Below, piece after piece: positions 13,850 through 27,030 of a stretch of 64,000 nt of DNA (positions are counted from its first letter, which is position 1; every line of letters begins with the position of its first letter). A model generated the notes under the pieces. The model ran no database searches. It worked only from the letters and a program-made list of their open reading frames with translations, and was not told where the DNA came from. A program made the translations under genes and the position numbers. The DNA is from Azolla caroliniana (lineage: Eukaryota; Plantae; Polypodiophyta), in contig JBHGNT010000003.1 of NCBI GenBank assembly GCA_043228905.1, positions 22,878,001-22,942,000 of the forward strand, given 5' to 3'.

Positions 13850-14720
13850 CAATGTAGTGGTATAGATAGCCCAAGCTTGGATATGTGACTTCAAAGCTTT
13901 AGAGTATGATGTGTAAGTGAGTGTCATATCCCTTGTGTATTTGAGATACCTTAATACTCTTTTATATATGATTTCTAATGGTTTAACTCATGGATTCTCC
14001 ATGGAACCATGATAGTAATCTACTGTCAAAGGATAGGACAATTTGAGTGCAGTTGATGAGGCATTGAATGCTCCCCAACACTTGTCCATATGGGATATTC
14101 TTCATACATTAAATTTGTTCATCTGTATATGTCGGGAATCATGGGACGATAATATGCATGGTACCTAATGAGACAACACTCAATCATGTCGATCTTGGCT
14201 CGTATATTGTTAATAAAACTTTGTTTTGATAGAGAGAGTGTTTCTAAGGTTCGATTCCTTTCACATGTATCCCAAGAAAATGTTCTAGTGGCATGAGATG
14301 CTTACTAGGGAATTGTTGTAATTTTGCAATAAACTTGAGGACTTCACATGTCGGGAATCATGGGACGATAATATGCATGGTACCTAATGAGACAACACTC
14401 AATCATGCCGATCTTGGCTCGTATATTGTTAATAAAACTTTGTTTTGATAGAGAGAGTGTTTCTAAGGTTCGATTCTTTTCACATGTATCCCAAGAAAAT
14501 GTTCTAGTGGCATGAGATGCTTACCAGGGAATTGTTGTAATTTTGCAATAAACTTGAGGACTTCCTCTTTAGATTTCTCAACAATATGGAGATCATCCAC
14601 ATAGACTGCTACGAGTAGGAGCATTGTCTCCATTTTCCTCATTTATAGATTAGGTTCCAATTGAAGTTGTTGAAAGTTGGCTCATAGGAGGGACTTGTGA
14701 AGCTTGGTATACTATTGTTT
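13850..14720 (-). mobile_element. Heavily decayed Ty1/Copia reverse transcriptase remnant
   Basis: Minus-strand fragments LLLVAVYVDDL (about 14590-14624), FLGIHVKRNRTLETLSLSKQSFINNI, PYGQVLGSIQCLINCT and KRVLRYLKYT occur in Copia RT order, with many stops and frameshifts. Boundaries are approximate. Confidence 0.8.
14129..14564. repeat. Near-perfect 219-bp tandem duplication
   Basis: atgtcgggaatcatgggacg... begins at 14129 and again at 14348. The copies differ by only a few substitutions. Confidence 0.95.
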
Positions 14721-16681
14721 AGGAGATTGCGTATTAATTATCTCCTTCAATGATCGTTGCAAAGATGGATATATCGGACTCGGTCTCCAAGACAAAGGAA
14801 CATGTTGGTTTCTCAAGCGCCTCATCCATAGTTGCATCATAAACATCACTAAGTGATGTCCTTTTTGTTCTTCTTGCCCTAGCTTATTTGTAGTTTTTTG
14901 TTGTTGTGAAGGTGTAGGGCTACGGGAGATCGTCACCCATATGCTCATCTTCAAGCCTGATTCGAGCAACACATTGGTAGCGGGTTGATCACCAAATTTG
15001 AGACTTTGAGCAACATCGATCAAGTAAACGATGAATCAAATCATCAATCAATCAATCAATCAATCAAGATCATAAGTTAGCTCATTTGGGAAGTATCTTA
15101 TTTCTCAAGGTTGAAGTCAAGGGTTTGAGGTAGAGTTTGTTAGTGATAAGGTGTCATCATTGTGATCAACTATAGTAACCGTGGTAAAATCTTGTATTTT
15201 CAATATAATAGAGTTTTTTTTAATAATATATTCTTTGCTCCTTCAATCATACACTATATCCATCTCTTGTCCATGCTCGTCTCTTCCACTTTTCATTATG
15301 AACTCTCCTCATACAAAACCCCGACGGTTCGACACATTGATCATGAACTTGAAAACATTGCTATTAGATCTCTCTCTCTCTCTCTCTCTCTCTCTACAAT
15401 GGCAATTGAAGTGATTAACATAGGATTAGGGCTAACTACACTCGATTAATACAACAAACACTTGATTAAGACCTAAAAGCACATGGTTATAGAAAAAATC
15501 CCTTTGTATGTATATTAGGGTTCACCAAATAGTTCCTCAATTTAAAAGGGTTTTTACAAATGACCATTTAGGGTATTGTACAAGAAGTTAACAAAAACGA
15601 TATTATTGAGCTTTGGTGAGGATCCAAGTTTTGTGGTGTCACCAAGGTGCCTCACATATGATAAACAACAATGATATCTTTTGTTGATATAGTGTCCTCG
15701 AGCCACTTTATACTTCCTTCCTTGACCAACAACCAAACTCCAACACAAGAAAAAGAGTTTGGAGTACTGGTCCAACTCCACTCTAACACTCACTCACTCA
15801 CAAACCCTAAACTCTCAAGAAGAGCATTATCAAGAAGAAGAAGAAGACGAAGAAAATTGGCTAAGCCCTAAAATGAAAATAGTCTCATGGGCCAAATTTG
15901 TTCTTAGAAGACGTTAATATATCTTTGTTTCTTTCTTTCCCACCCCATCCTAAATGTCATCCCTGTCCCTTAATCCAGTCCTCACATCTACTCAACATTC
16001 TCTTTGTTATAACCCTTTAATCTAACCTATTGCCCTCTTCATCCAATTAGCCACTCATCTCACTTTTGAATGTTTGTGGGATATGCCATCAAGAAAATAT
16101 AACGATCTGTAAAAGACAATATACCTCATGCATGAATTTTTATGTGCATTTACTTTACAATAGAATTAAAATATGCTACAAGATTGGCTAACAAGGTAGG
16201 AATTAAGCATCAATGCATTTTAAATGGAAAACAAACCTTTTATTGAATTTGTAGGAAGAAGTTTGCAAAGAGAGTTACAAAGCACAAATAGAAATTTTAT
16301 TTAAAATCATGGTAGTTATAAATAAATTGTTATTTGCCATGATCTCATATGACTTGCAATCAAACCCTTTATTTGAAGAAACGGTGTAACTATAAACCAA
16401 TTGCGAGTGGTACTAATGTCAAAGCCGTTCCCTGTAGAAACATAATTACAAGTACATACATTATTAGATGTAAACAATGTATAGGAAATGCGAAAAGAGA
16501 GTAGCTAATGTAGCATATGACAATGAATTTAACTTGTGAAGCATATGTACATATTAATGTTGTCACATATGCACACATACATATTTATGCATATATATGT
16601 CCTTACATAGATATGTTCCATGTACAAGTGTCTATATCTGTACACTCATCCACCTTGAGATTCTACACACACCCCATACAA

Positions 16682-16796
16682 ATGTATGTATGTATGTATG
16701 TATGCATGCATGCATGCATGCATGCATGTATGTATGTATGTATGTATGTATGTATGTATGTATGTATGTATGTATGTATGTATGTATGTATGTATG
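16682..16796. repeat. (TATG)n/(CATG)n microsatellite
   Basis: Visible directly. Confidence 0.95.
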
Positions 16797-17814
16797 TTTA
16801 TGCATGGCTCTTCCAATGTCCATATTAATCTACCAAATACAATATTGTTTCCAGCCAAATTAATTTGTTAATGGATGTGTGTTCAAACATTTGTTCATGA
16901 AATCCATACCCATATTGTTGAGTTGTTTGTTTCATTGTCTTCTAAATTATGTGCCCAATGAAACAAGATAGCCCAATCATTCAAGGCTCTTCGTGACACT
17001 CTTTCTCTTGCTTTCTTGATTAAGAATAGATGTATTGACATTGATTCTTTTTTTATCTATGGAAAAACAATTTAAACATGTAAATCATATTTGTTATATC
17101 TTTATGTGAGCATAAAATAACATGCTTGCATATATGTCCATAAGCATTTTGGCACAACTTATTTTTAGGGGCCTCTAATAGAAGGAGATTGAATTGGTAC
17201 AACTTCGTCACAACTTGTCTAATGTGAGAGGGAGATAGAGAGCGATTGTGTTCATTGATGCATCCACTCTAGGGAGGTCAATTGTGTACATATCATAGGA
17301 GCTTATGGCTTTCAACATTAGCTTACAAGAGGCCAATATAGTGAGTGCATGGCATACAAATAGTGTGTTCTCTTGTAACCAAGAACCTATGCATGTAATT
17401 ATGTTTTACATCATTTGCCCAAAAAATCATGAGTTTAATGATAACGTTTCTAGATATATAATGAGCATGGGTAGCATACGTCAAATTTTATGTCCTAACG
17501 AATCTGATTTACAATCAACAAAGCAAAGTAAATGCGCAATATTTTTCAATACGTCTTTATAATTAGTTTGATTCTCGTGCGAGCTTTAAAATTTTCTAAA
17601 TGATCTAATATGATGTTACCTAATAATCTACCAAAATTCTTAGTTGTTGAAATTTGAAAGGATTCTAGTGAAGGTTGGTCTTGCACAACTTGCTACAAAT
17701 GAAACAACTCATGTTCCTATATATCTACAACTTATTTAACATAGACTCGCCCCACAAACAAGAATATGGTTCTTGAAGTAAACATATTATTTAATTAATT
17801 TTTAGTTAAAGTAG

Positions 17815-18216
17815 TTAACTTCTATGCCATACCGGTTTTTCCATGGCAAACTCATAGTTTGGTCCCAATGCTTGGATCAAGGAATCTAAGCCTTTGAGCT
17901 TGGCTTCATTAGGGAAATGGTCATTGGCATAGTGAAAGTCTTCAACGCAATCAAAGAGGAAAATAATGAGGTGATTACAATGGGGCGACATTCCTAGAGT
18001 TAGCAAATGGGTTGCTTTTGTGGTGATGTCATCCATTTGAGTGTAGGAGATGAGCAGTTTTCTTTCATCCAGATTCTTCTTGACATTGTAAAACATTCGA
18101 CTGATCGCGAATCCAAACGTCATGAGTTGTTTCGGATTAGATGCTAAATAAAATCTTGGCTCTTGAGGTGTTAGGGAGTTGCTAAGGTTGTCATCTTCCT
18201 CACATTTTCTATTCAT
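17815..18216 (-). other. Orphan ORF family, copy 1 (133 aa), function unknown
   Basis: Homologous to ORFs at 59755-60279 and 62433-62819. No family recognised. Confidence 0.35.
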
Positions 18217-18524
18217 ATCTTCTACTTGTGATAGCCGACGTTGTTGATGCGCACAACTTGGGAAATGAAGAAGTTGTTTGATATGGTATATAGTTAATAT
18301 GAATCACTTGAAGGGGCATATTAGGAAATTGGCTTTTTATAGTTGGAAAAGAAGGCATGCAACACATCTTCTACTAGTAATACTTACTTCCATTATTCAT
18401 AGTGCCTTTCATCCTCCTCCCTTGACCTCTTCAACAACTCATTTCCTAAGCATTCAAAATATGTCCTACATTTTTTAATCAATATTGCCTAGTTTGAAAA
18501 GGTCCTCATTCCATTCATTATCCT

Positions 18525-19060
18525 TCATCATAACAATAATAATGGCCTTTTGTTTCTTTGTTGGCATCTACATGGCTTGATCCTATCCAAGTAGAAGTTA
18601 TAATAAATTTACCCCACATCTCTAGGGTTTTCGTTTAAATGCCTTTAGGTTTATCAGTTCATATCAATATTTCCTAGTTTGAAAATGTCATTGTTCTATT
18701 TATTATCATGTAAAGCAATCAACGAAGATACTTTTCAACTAGGATCATGGTAACAATAATAATGCCTTTTTGTTTCTTTCTTGTCATCTACATGCCTTGA
18801 TGCTTTTCCAAGTAGAATTTTATTGTAATAATGTTCCAAGATTTCCATTTAAATGCTTAAATTAGCCTCATAGAGTCAATTTGAGATGAAACAATAAACT
18901 AAGATAGTTTTCAACTAGGATCATGATAATAATAATAATGTCTTTTTGTTTCTTTGTTGCTTGCATGCCTTGATATTTTTCCAAGTAGAGTTTTATTGTA
19001 ATAATGTTCCAAGATTTCCATTTAAATGCTTTTAGTCGCATAGACTCAATTTGAGACGAG
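18525..19060. repeat. Diverged tandem repeats, about three units of 175-200 bp
   Basis: taacaataataatg.ctttttgtttcttt...catg.cttgat...ccaagtaga recurs at about 18530, 18750 and 18928. Confidence 0.75.
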
Positions 19061-19757
19061 ATTCAATCAATCAACCACACAAAATGGTTTTTGAAGCCAT
19101 TTATCTCTATAATTCCAATAAAGCATAGATGCCATTGCTCTAAAACAAGTTATACCTAACACACATTAACTGAACTCAAATAGTTTTTTCCTAGCTATAT
19201 AAGAATAGTAGTCACATAAAAACAAAACTATTACGTCATTGTGTGCTTATATAAACCTACTTTTGCATTAGGTCAATGTAAGATTTTCTTTTCTCTACCT
19301 TGAAATCACACTCTATAACTTTGTACTGGAACAACTAGTTCCTTCAAAAACTTGTGTGGAAGAGTTTTCCTTTCTTTTCCGAATGCCTTGTTGCTTAGGT
19401 AGATGCAAAAATGTGTTCGGCAAATAACTCAAAGCCCTGTTCACTGTGTGAAGGAAAGTTGGTTGATGCTTATTTTAATTTTAAAATGTCAATACGACTC
19501 CTTCATTGGAAATGAAAATACCATTTTTCTTAAACAAAGGTTTTTTAAAGGCAAGTGGAAGGATTTGTTTGTCTTTGTGGAGAGAAATGACAAAATGGTT
19601 TGGCAATACCTACCCACTTGATGGTTGTTTCCTCCATAGGTAGAGTTTGTTTTACCTTATGACATAGTGGGGGCTCTACTTTTTTTTCTGCTATCTTACA
19701 TATCTTACTCTCCACTAGATTGTTTCATTATATGCTTTGTATACACTTATTGGATTG

Positions 19758-20640
19758 GTAATGGAAACTATGGTGTAGTTTTGGAAAAAAAACAGACGAG
19801 TTAAACTCTAAAAAGATCAACATAAGAAAGATAAGAAAAAGTGTTGCGTTTTTCAAGGATAAACCTTTTGGATCAAGGGTAGTTCAAGAATACTTCTATC
19901 TTATATTCAATCATGATTTGCCTAAATTTCTTTAAGTTTCATAAAACAATACATTTAGATAGAAATGAATGCTTTAAGAATTTTCAAAACAATACTAATC
20001 TATGAATCTCAAAGACTCAACATAATGTTACTTTTTTGTATTTCTTATGAAAGTGGATATGTTGCAGGTTGTAGAAGTTGTGTTTATTGTACATAATGTG
20101 TTGGGATACATGCCAAAATCACATCCAATGCTACTTCCATCTTCTTTTGTACCATGGACTATACCATTATCTTCATGGGGAGGTAACCCATGGTAGGAAT
20201 CAACAATGGAAACTATGGTGTAGTTTTGGGAAAAAAAAGATGAGTCAAACTCTAAAAAGATCAACATAAGAAAGATAAGAAAAAGGTTGTGTTTTTCAAG
20301 GAGAAACCTTTCGGATTGAGGGTAGTTCAGGAATGGTTCTATCTTATATTCAATCATGATTTGCCTAAATTTTAAGTTTCATAAAACAATACCTTTAGAT
20401 ATAAATGAAAGCTTTAAGAATTTTCAAAACAATACTTATCTATGAATCTCAAAGACTCAACATAATGTTACTTTTTTGTATTTCTTATGAAAGTGGATAT
20501 GTTGCATGTTGTAGAAGTTGTGTTTATTGTACGTAATGTGTTGGGATACATGTCAAAATCACATCCAATGCTACTTCCATCCTATTTTGTACCACGGACT
20601 ATACCATTATCTTCATGGGGAGGTAGCCCATGGTAAGAAT
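19758..20640. repeat. Tandem duplication, period about 440-445 bp
   Basis: atggaaactatggtgtagttttgg occurs at 19761 and 20206, and tatgaatctcaaagactcaacataatg at about 20001 and 20441. Confidence 0.92.
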
Positions 20641-21339
20641 TTGCGACGGTTCGGTTTAGGCTTAACCGGTTTGGCAAGGCCAAACTAATTAGCCTAAACT
20701 GTTTTGGGTTCTCAAACCTAAACCAAACCAAACCAAACCGATCCCCAAACTGGTTTGAGATAAAAAAAGCTTTAGAGGTGTGAAGAAACCCACACCGCCA
20801 CCACTTCCTCCTACTCTTCTTCTCCTCATAACTCCCAACCCCTTGGTCTTACCACCGATGATTCCGAATTCAACTCGAAGTCCCACCTCCACTACTGCCT
20901 CTCCGTAGACTACTACGATTGGTTGGCCGACATCCACAATCCCCTACCTCCCACCACCCAAAACATGAACCCCGAGGCTATGGTGACCTCCCACTCTCAG
21001 TGCTCCAATCTTTCTCCAAATTTCATTCCTTTTGCTTTCTCAAATTTCCTAAATTGGTCAAAGAAAAATAATAAATGAGACCATCCATCTACTTTAAGTT
21101 GTTACAAATGATTCAATAAATATACAAATTTATCACATGTCCTGGCTTCTCTAGGATGTGGTCTGTTTTCAATTTGGAGTCTACTTCGATCAACAATTGA
21201 ATCCTCACATTCCTCGGATTGACCAACCAATGCCATATTCCAAAAACTCTACTACCACTTCATTGGTGCGTTTGGACTTTTGATGAATATTTTAATGAGA
21301 TACTTGCCATTTTAAATGGTCTTGAGATATTTCACTTAG

Positions 21340-21793
21340 TGTCATGATATGGCAAGACTCGAACCCATGACCTTATGTTATATGGGTTGAGCTCTTGACC
21401 ATTATACCATCTATTGTAATACGTAAAATATTATTTTCATTTAAGTTTTATTATAGGAAATTAATGTATATTCCAGATTTCTCTGGAACATTCTAGAAGC
21501 TTCAGGATTACTCTTGAGAACACTATAAAAGAAGGCACTAGGCATTATTTTGAACCAAATTGGTTCAACGCCAATCTTAAGCCTCATAGCCATCTTGTAC
21601 TTACTCTTCATATAATATATCATTCGTTATCATCATCTCTCTCTCTCTCTCGTCCTCATTATCTCTCTCTCTCTCTCTTTCCTCTTCGCTTTCCTCTCTC
21701 TCGGGAGTCTTACGCAGTCCCGTCCTCTTAGTACTAATAGTACTTCCCTTCTCTAGTACTAATTCTCTCTCTGTTTTAGTACTATTCATGACA
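21340..21793 (+). repeat. LTR1 of the chromovirus family (454 bp)
   Basis: Terminal inverted repeat TGTCATG/CATGACA, TATAAAA at 21524. Homologous to sequences starting at 26620, 30341 and 49227. Confidence 0.93.
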
Positions 21794-23028
21794 GTTTGAA
21801 CCAATTTTCCCTCTCTAGTCTTTCTTTTGGTTTCCCTCATCCTCTAATCCCTTTTCTATACAATGGCTTCTGTTAGCGCCCAAGAATACCAATCCGTTTT
21901 CTCTGAGCTACAGTGTCTAAAAGAAAAATTTGTTGCCTTGGAACAAGAAAACCAATGGTTGTTAGGGGATCTTCAACAAATCGCCCTAGAAAAACAGCAA
22001 ACGCAGCAACAACATGGGGAGTTGCAACAACAACATGGGGAGTTAGTGTTACGTGTGCAACAACTCGAAGTAGCGTTGCAACAACAAGGATCAAGTCCCC
22101 AAGGATTTCATAAAGAGTCCAAGATTGGACTTCCTGTGAAATTTGATGGAACGCGATCACAATTTAGGGGATTCCTCAATCAGGTACCCTTAGTCATTCA
22201 AATGCATACCTCTCAATACCCCACTGATGCATCCCGAGTCGGCCTAATAGGCACGTTGCTTAGCGGCTCAGCCTTGGCATGGTTTGCTCTGCTTCTAGAA
22301 AAACAATCACCCTTACTTAATAACTTTGAAGACTTTGTTAGCGAGTTTAAAGCTTGCTTTGGAGATATAGACATCATCAGGATGGTGATCAACAAAATCC
22401 GATGATTGTGTCAAGGCGATCGTCCAACCTTTGCCTACGCGGCGGATTTCCGTCTACTCGCCTCAGATATCCCCTGGGATGATCAAGCACTAATGGAGCA
22501 GTTTCGCTATGGCCTGCGAAATGATGTCAAAGATCTACTTCTAACCTTCCCCGAAGAACCAAAGTCTCTTACAGAGGCAATCAGTCGAGCGGTTCATTGC
22601 GACAACCGCCTTTTTGAACGACGTTCGGAATGTCAATTACAAATACCATGCCCTAGACCGGAGTCCACATAGGCCTTCGTCACGGCTAAACCATTTGCAC
22701 GAGACATATCTCAAGCAAATACTCTGACACCGATGGAGATCGACACCATGCGTCGACGTGGCCCGTTGTCGGAAGAAGAAAAGCAACGACGATGTGCAAA
22801 TCGATTATGTGTTTATTGCGGTGGACCAGGGCATATCGCAATCAATTGTCCCCATAGGCCAAGAAGACATGTAAATCAAATCGTAGCCTGTACTAAACGC
22901 GAGTCAATTCTTCCCTTAGCAGTGTCTGATAGTATTAATAGTGCTAATAGAGTGTCTGATAGTATTAATAGTATTAATTGCCCAAGTATCTCAAACAAAT
23001 TTGAAATCCTTAGTGAATTAGATGAAGA

Positions 23029-23106
23029 GTTAAACGATTGAGTCCAGCCAAAATAGGAGCCGTTTGGTTGGACAGCCGTAGATCTGTACAGCCCATTAGT
23101 GGTTCC
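23029..23106 (+). promoter_or_regulatory. Putative -1 ribosomal frameshift signal between gag and pol
   Basis: G_TTA_AAC lies just before the gag stop, followed by a 6-nt spacer and the stem gtccagccaaa/tttggttggac. pol continues in the -1 frame. Confidence 0.7.
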
Positions 23107-26100
23107 ATTCCCTCCAAGCAAGTTAGCAACGTGGTCCTAGCCCAAGTCATGGTTAGTACTAAAAGTACTCCCCTAGTACATGTCCTAGCACTTGTAGATT
23201 CCAGAGCGAATTCCTGTTTCATGGATCGAAATTTTGCCCAAGCTTCTCAGATATCCTTAAGAAAACCTCCATGCCCCGCATTTGTAGTAGTCATTGATGG
23301 TCGTCCCATTGCTTCCGGGAATATGGTAGAAGAGTCAGAATCCATTTAGGTTGTCCTAGGTAGTTTTGTGTGTGTAGTATCATTCAATATAATTAGTAGT
23401 CCAAAGCATCCCATTCTCATGGGATTACCTTGGTTTGAATTACATAATCCAGACATAGATTGGAGAACAAGAGAAGTCCGATATCGACAACCCCAAGAAT
23501 CTACTCATCGAGTTTCGACTATGTCACTACGTCAACTACGCGAAGAAGGACACAAGGAGGCAATGTTCCTATTTGCAATATCAGTACATCCTTCCAGCAA
23601 TATTAAGGAGGAATCCTTAGTGCAACTTTCGGCGAAATATCATCCTTATGACGATGTATTTGACAAGGCCAAAGTCGGTACTCTTCCTCATCATCGTCCC
23701 TACAATTGTCCCTATGATTTACAACCAAGAGCAGAGCCACCATGGGGACCAATCTACAACTTGTCATCCACCGAGTTAGAAGTCCTTCGAGCCTACATAG
23801 AGGAGAACTTGGCAAGCATGTTTATTCGTCATTTGAAATCTCCGGCCGGTGCACCCATCTTTTTTGTCAAGAAGAAAGATGGCTCACTTCGTCTCGTCGT
23901 TGATTACCGCGGCTTGAATAAGGTCACCATCCGGAATAGGTATGCACTTCCTCTTATATCAAGTCTTTTAGAGTGAGTTAATGATGCTAAGTTTTTTACA
24001 AAAATCAATCTACGAGGAGCATATAACCTCGTGCGGATCTGACCGGGAGATGAATGGAAGACTGCCTTTCGCACGCGGTATGGGCATTTTGAATATACTG
24101 TTATGCCGTTCGGTCTAACCAATGCACTCACAGTCTTCCAACACATGGCAAATGATATATATATTCAGAGACCTCTTGGATATCTGTTTGATAATCTATC
24201 TGGATGATCTATTGATTTATTCAAAGACCCAAGAAGAGCACGATTCTCATGTAATATTAGTATTAAAACGACTCCGCGAGAATGGTCTTTATGCCAAGCG
24301 AGAAAAATGTAGCTTTGACTGCAAGCAAGTGGAATTTCTAGGCTACGTCATCTCCTCAAAGGGCATCTCCATGGATCTAGCTAAATTCCAAACTGTGCTA
24401 GAGCTGCAAACTCCACAGTTGGTACAAGATGTACAATGTTTTCTAGGTTTTGCTAACTTTTACCGCAAGTTTATACATGATTACTCGAAGATTATTTTAC
24501 CTCTCACACAACTTACGAAGAAGGGACACGCATTTCTTTGGTCCAATGAATCGGACATGGCTTTTCGGTTTCTTAAGAAAGCCTTTACATCAGCTTCTAT
24601 TCTAGGTAATGTGGATACAAACAAACCATTCATCATGGAGGCCGATGCATCGGATTTCGCCCTCGGTAGCATCCTTTCTCAACAAGGAGATAAAGAAGAG
24701 TTGCATCCTGTGGCTATTCATTCGCGCAAATTCTATGCCGCGGAAATCAACTACGAAATACATGACAAGGAGTTATTAGCGATTGTGGATTCCTTTGTGC
24801 AATGGCGGCATTTCTTAGAGGGCTCTCCACATCAGGTCATCGTCTTTAGTGATCACAAAAATCTTGCTTATTTCTAGAACGCTTGGGTGCTAAATTGACG
24901 GCAAGCTCGGTGGGCTCAATTCCTCACGCGTTTTGACTTCAAAATCACATATCGACCGGGGAAGCAGCAAGGAAAAGTAGATGCGCTATCACGACATTCA
25001 TATCTTGCAGTTCGTCCTGGTAATCCAGCGTTTGATAATCAAAAGCAAGTAATCTTGGGACCAACACGATTGCACACAACGCGGAATTTTCACACCCCAA
25101 TGGATTCCCGGATTACCGACGCCATACGTGCGAACTTGAAGCCAAACAGTTTTGTTCAAGACATTCTGGCGCACATTGATACCTCTCGGGCATCCTGTTC
25201 CCAATCTCAACAACCAAGTATGGACTACTGACAATTCAAATATCATGATGGTTTGTTATTCTTTAAAAAGTTTGTATATGTCCCCGATTGCTCTTGTCGC
25301 CTTCAAATCGTTCAAAATTGTCACGACACCCATACGGCGGGACATTTCGGTAGTACTAAGACGTTGGATCTCGTTCAACAATCTTTTTGGTGGCCCCATA
25401 TGCAACGTTTTGTCGACGACTATGTTCGGACTTGTGATGCTTGCTGCCGAGCAAAATTGCCCCGACACCATCCATATAGCTTGTTGGAATCCTTACCGAT
25501 TCCAAGTAAGCCGTGGCAGTCTATTTGTCTTGATTTTATCATAGATCTGCCGGTCTCGAAGGGGTTCGATGCTATCTTAACCGTCGTCGATCGATATACT
25601 AAGATGGTACATTTTGTGTCGTGTACTAAGGCTATCACTAGCGAGGAAACAACTGCCCTTGTCATGCGTGAGGTATTTCGGTATCATGGCCTCCCAGACA
25701 GTATAATCAGTGACCGAGGACCTCAATTCGTCTCCAAATTTTGGCAGCATCTCTTCAAGATGCTCAAGGTCTCTTGCAACCTCTCCTCTGGCTACCATCC
25801 CCAGACCGATGGGCAGGTGGAACGAACAAACCAAACGTTAGAACAATATCTCTGGTGTTTTTTGAGTTATCAACAGGACGATTGGGCCGAGATTCTCCAC
25901 TTTGCGGAGTTTGCATATAATAATGTTGTTCACTCCTCGACTTGGGTCTCCCCATTTTACGCTTATACCGGTTCTCATCCTCGTTGGTCGGTGATACACC
26001 CCGGGGCTACCTACCAATCCTCGTGCCGGGGATCATTTGGAGAGGCTACGCAAGATCTAGATGGATCTCTCTACTCATCTTCGTAATTCTCAACACACAC

Positions 26101-26619
26101 AGAAGACTTATGCGGATCCTCATCGACTTCCCTCCTTTTTTGCCATCGGAGATCGAGTATGGCTCTTACGTCGTCACATCAAGACTACTGGACCGTGTGA
26201 CAAGTTGGATTATCGACGACTCGTTCCTTTCCGTATTACTAGTAAGGTTAATGATGTCACGTTCCGCCTTGATCTCCCTCCGCATCTTCAGATACATCCG
26301 GTTTTCCATAGCTCTCTTCTTGAAGCTTATAAAGCAAACCCTATTCCCGATCGTGTTACACCACCGCCGCCTCCGCTTGAGTTGGAAGCCGGCCCGGAGT
26401 ATGAAGTTGCTGCCGTCCTCAATTCCAAACTTGTTCGCAATAAACTTTATTATTTGTTCGATTGGCTCGACTATAGTCCGAGTGAATGGACTTGGGAACT
26501 TGTCAAGCATGTCGTCAATGCTTAGAATCTTGTTGCTGAGTTCCATCGAAAGTATTCGGACAAACCCGGTTCGCAATCAGCGCTGACTCGATCCACTCGT
26601 GGTCTTCAGGGGGAGATAA

Positions 26620-27030
26620 TGTCATGATATGGCAAGACTCGAACCCATGATCTTATGTTATGGGTCAAGCTCTTGAGCATTATACCATCTATTGTAATAC
26701 GTAGGATATTATTTTCATTTAAGTTTTATTATAGGAAATTAATGTATATTCCAGATTTCTCTGGAACATTCTAGAAACTTCAGGATTACACCTGAGAACA
26801 CTATAAAAGAAGACACTAGGCATTATGTTGAACCAGATTGGTTCAACGCCAATCTTAAGCCTCATAGCCATCTTGTACTTACTCTTCATATAATATATCA
26901 TCCGTTATCATCATCTCTCTCTCTCCTCTTCTCTTTTCTCTCTCTTACGAGTGTTACGTAATCTCGTCCTCTTAGTACTAATAGTACTTCCCTTCTCTAG
27001 TACTAATTCTCTCTCTGTTTTAGTACTATT
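26620..27030 (+). repeat. LTR2, shared between copies A and B, 3' end deleted
   Basis: Begins TGTCATGATATGG right after the PPT. It breaks off at about 27030 and joins mid-gag sequence (agcggctcagcc, equivalent to 22262). Confidence 0.9.

Larger units (their letters stand above)
21340..27030 (+). mobile_element. Ty3/Gypsy chromovirus (Tf1/sushi/Tcn1-like), copy A. Full length but pseudogenised.
   Basis: 5' LTR TGTCATG..CATGACA. gag from 21863 (KFDGTRSQFRGFLNQ; knuckle CVYCGGPGHIAINC), protease (ALVDSRA), RT ([26 protein letters not shown]), RNase H ([21 protein letters not shown]), integrase (HDTHTAGHFG..CDAC, IISDRGPQF, HPQTDGQ), chromodomain (EYEVAAVLNSKLVRNKLYYLFDW). PPT agggggagataa at 26608-26619. 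Multiple stops and frameshifts. Confidence 0.95.

Noticed and set aside
16517-16871. MYVC/HTYI repeat ORFs
   Set aside because: Translation of a (TATG)n microsatellite.
20645-20760. AAACC/GGTTT-rich patch resembling a hAT or MITE subterminal region (similar patch at about 56750)
   Set aside because: No terminal inverted repeat pair, TSD or transposase could be defined.
21441-21623. Recurrent 60-aa ORF MIYYMKSKYK (also at 26719 and 30442)
   Set aside because: It recurs only because it lies within the LTR. There is no evidence of coding function.
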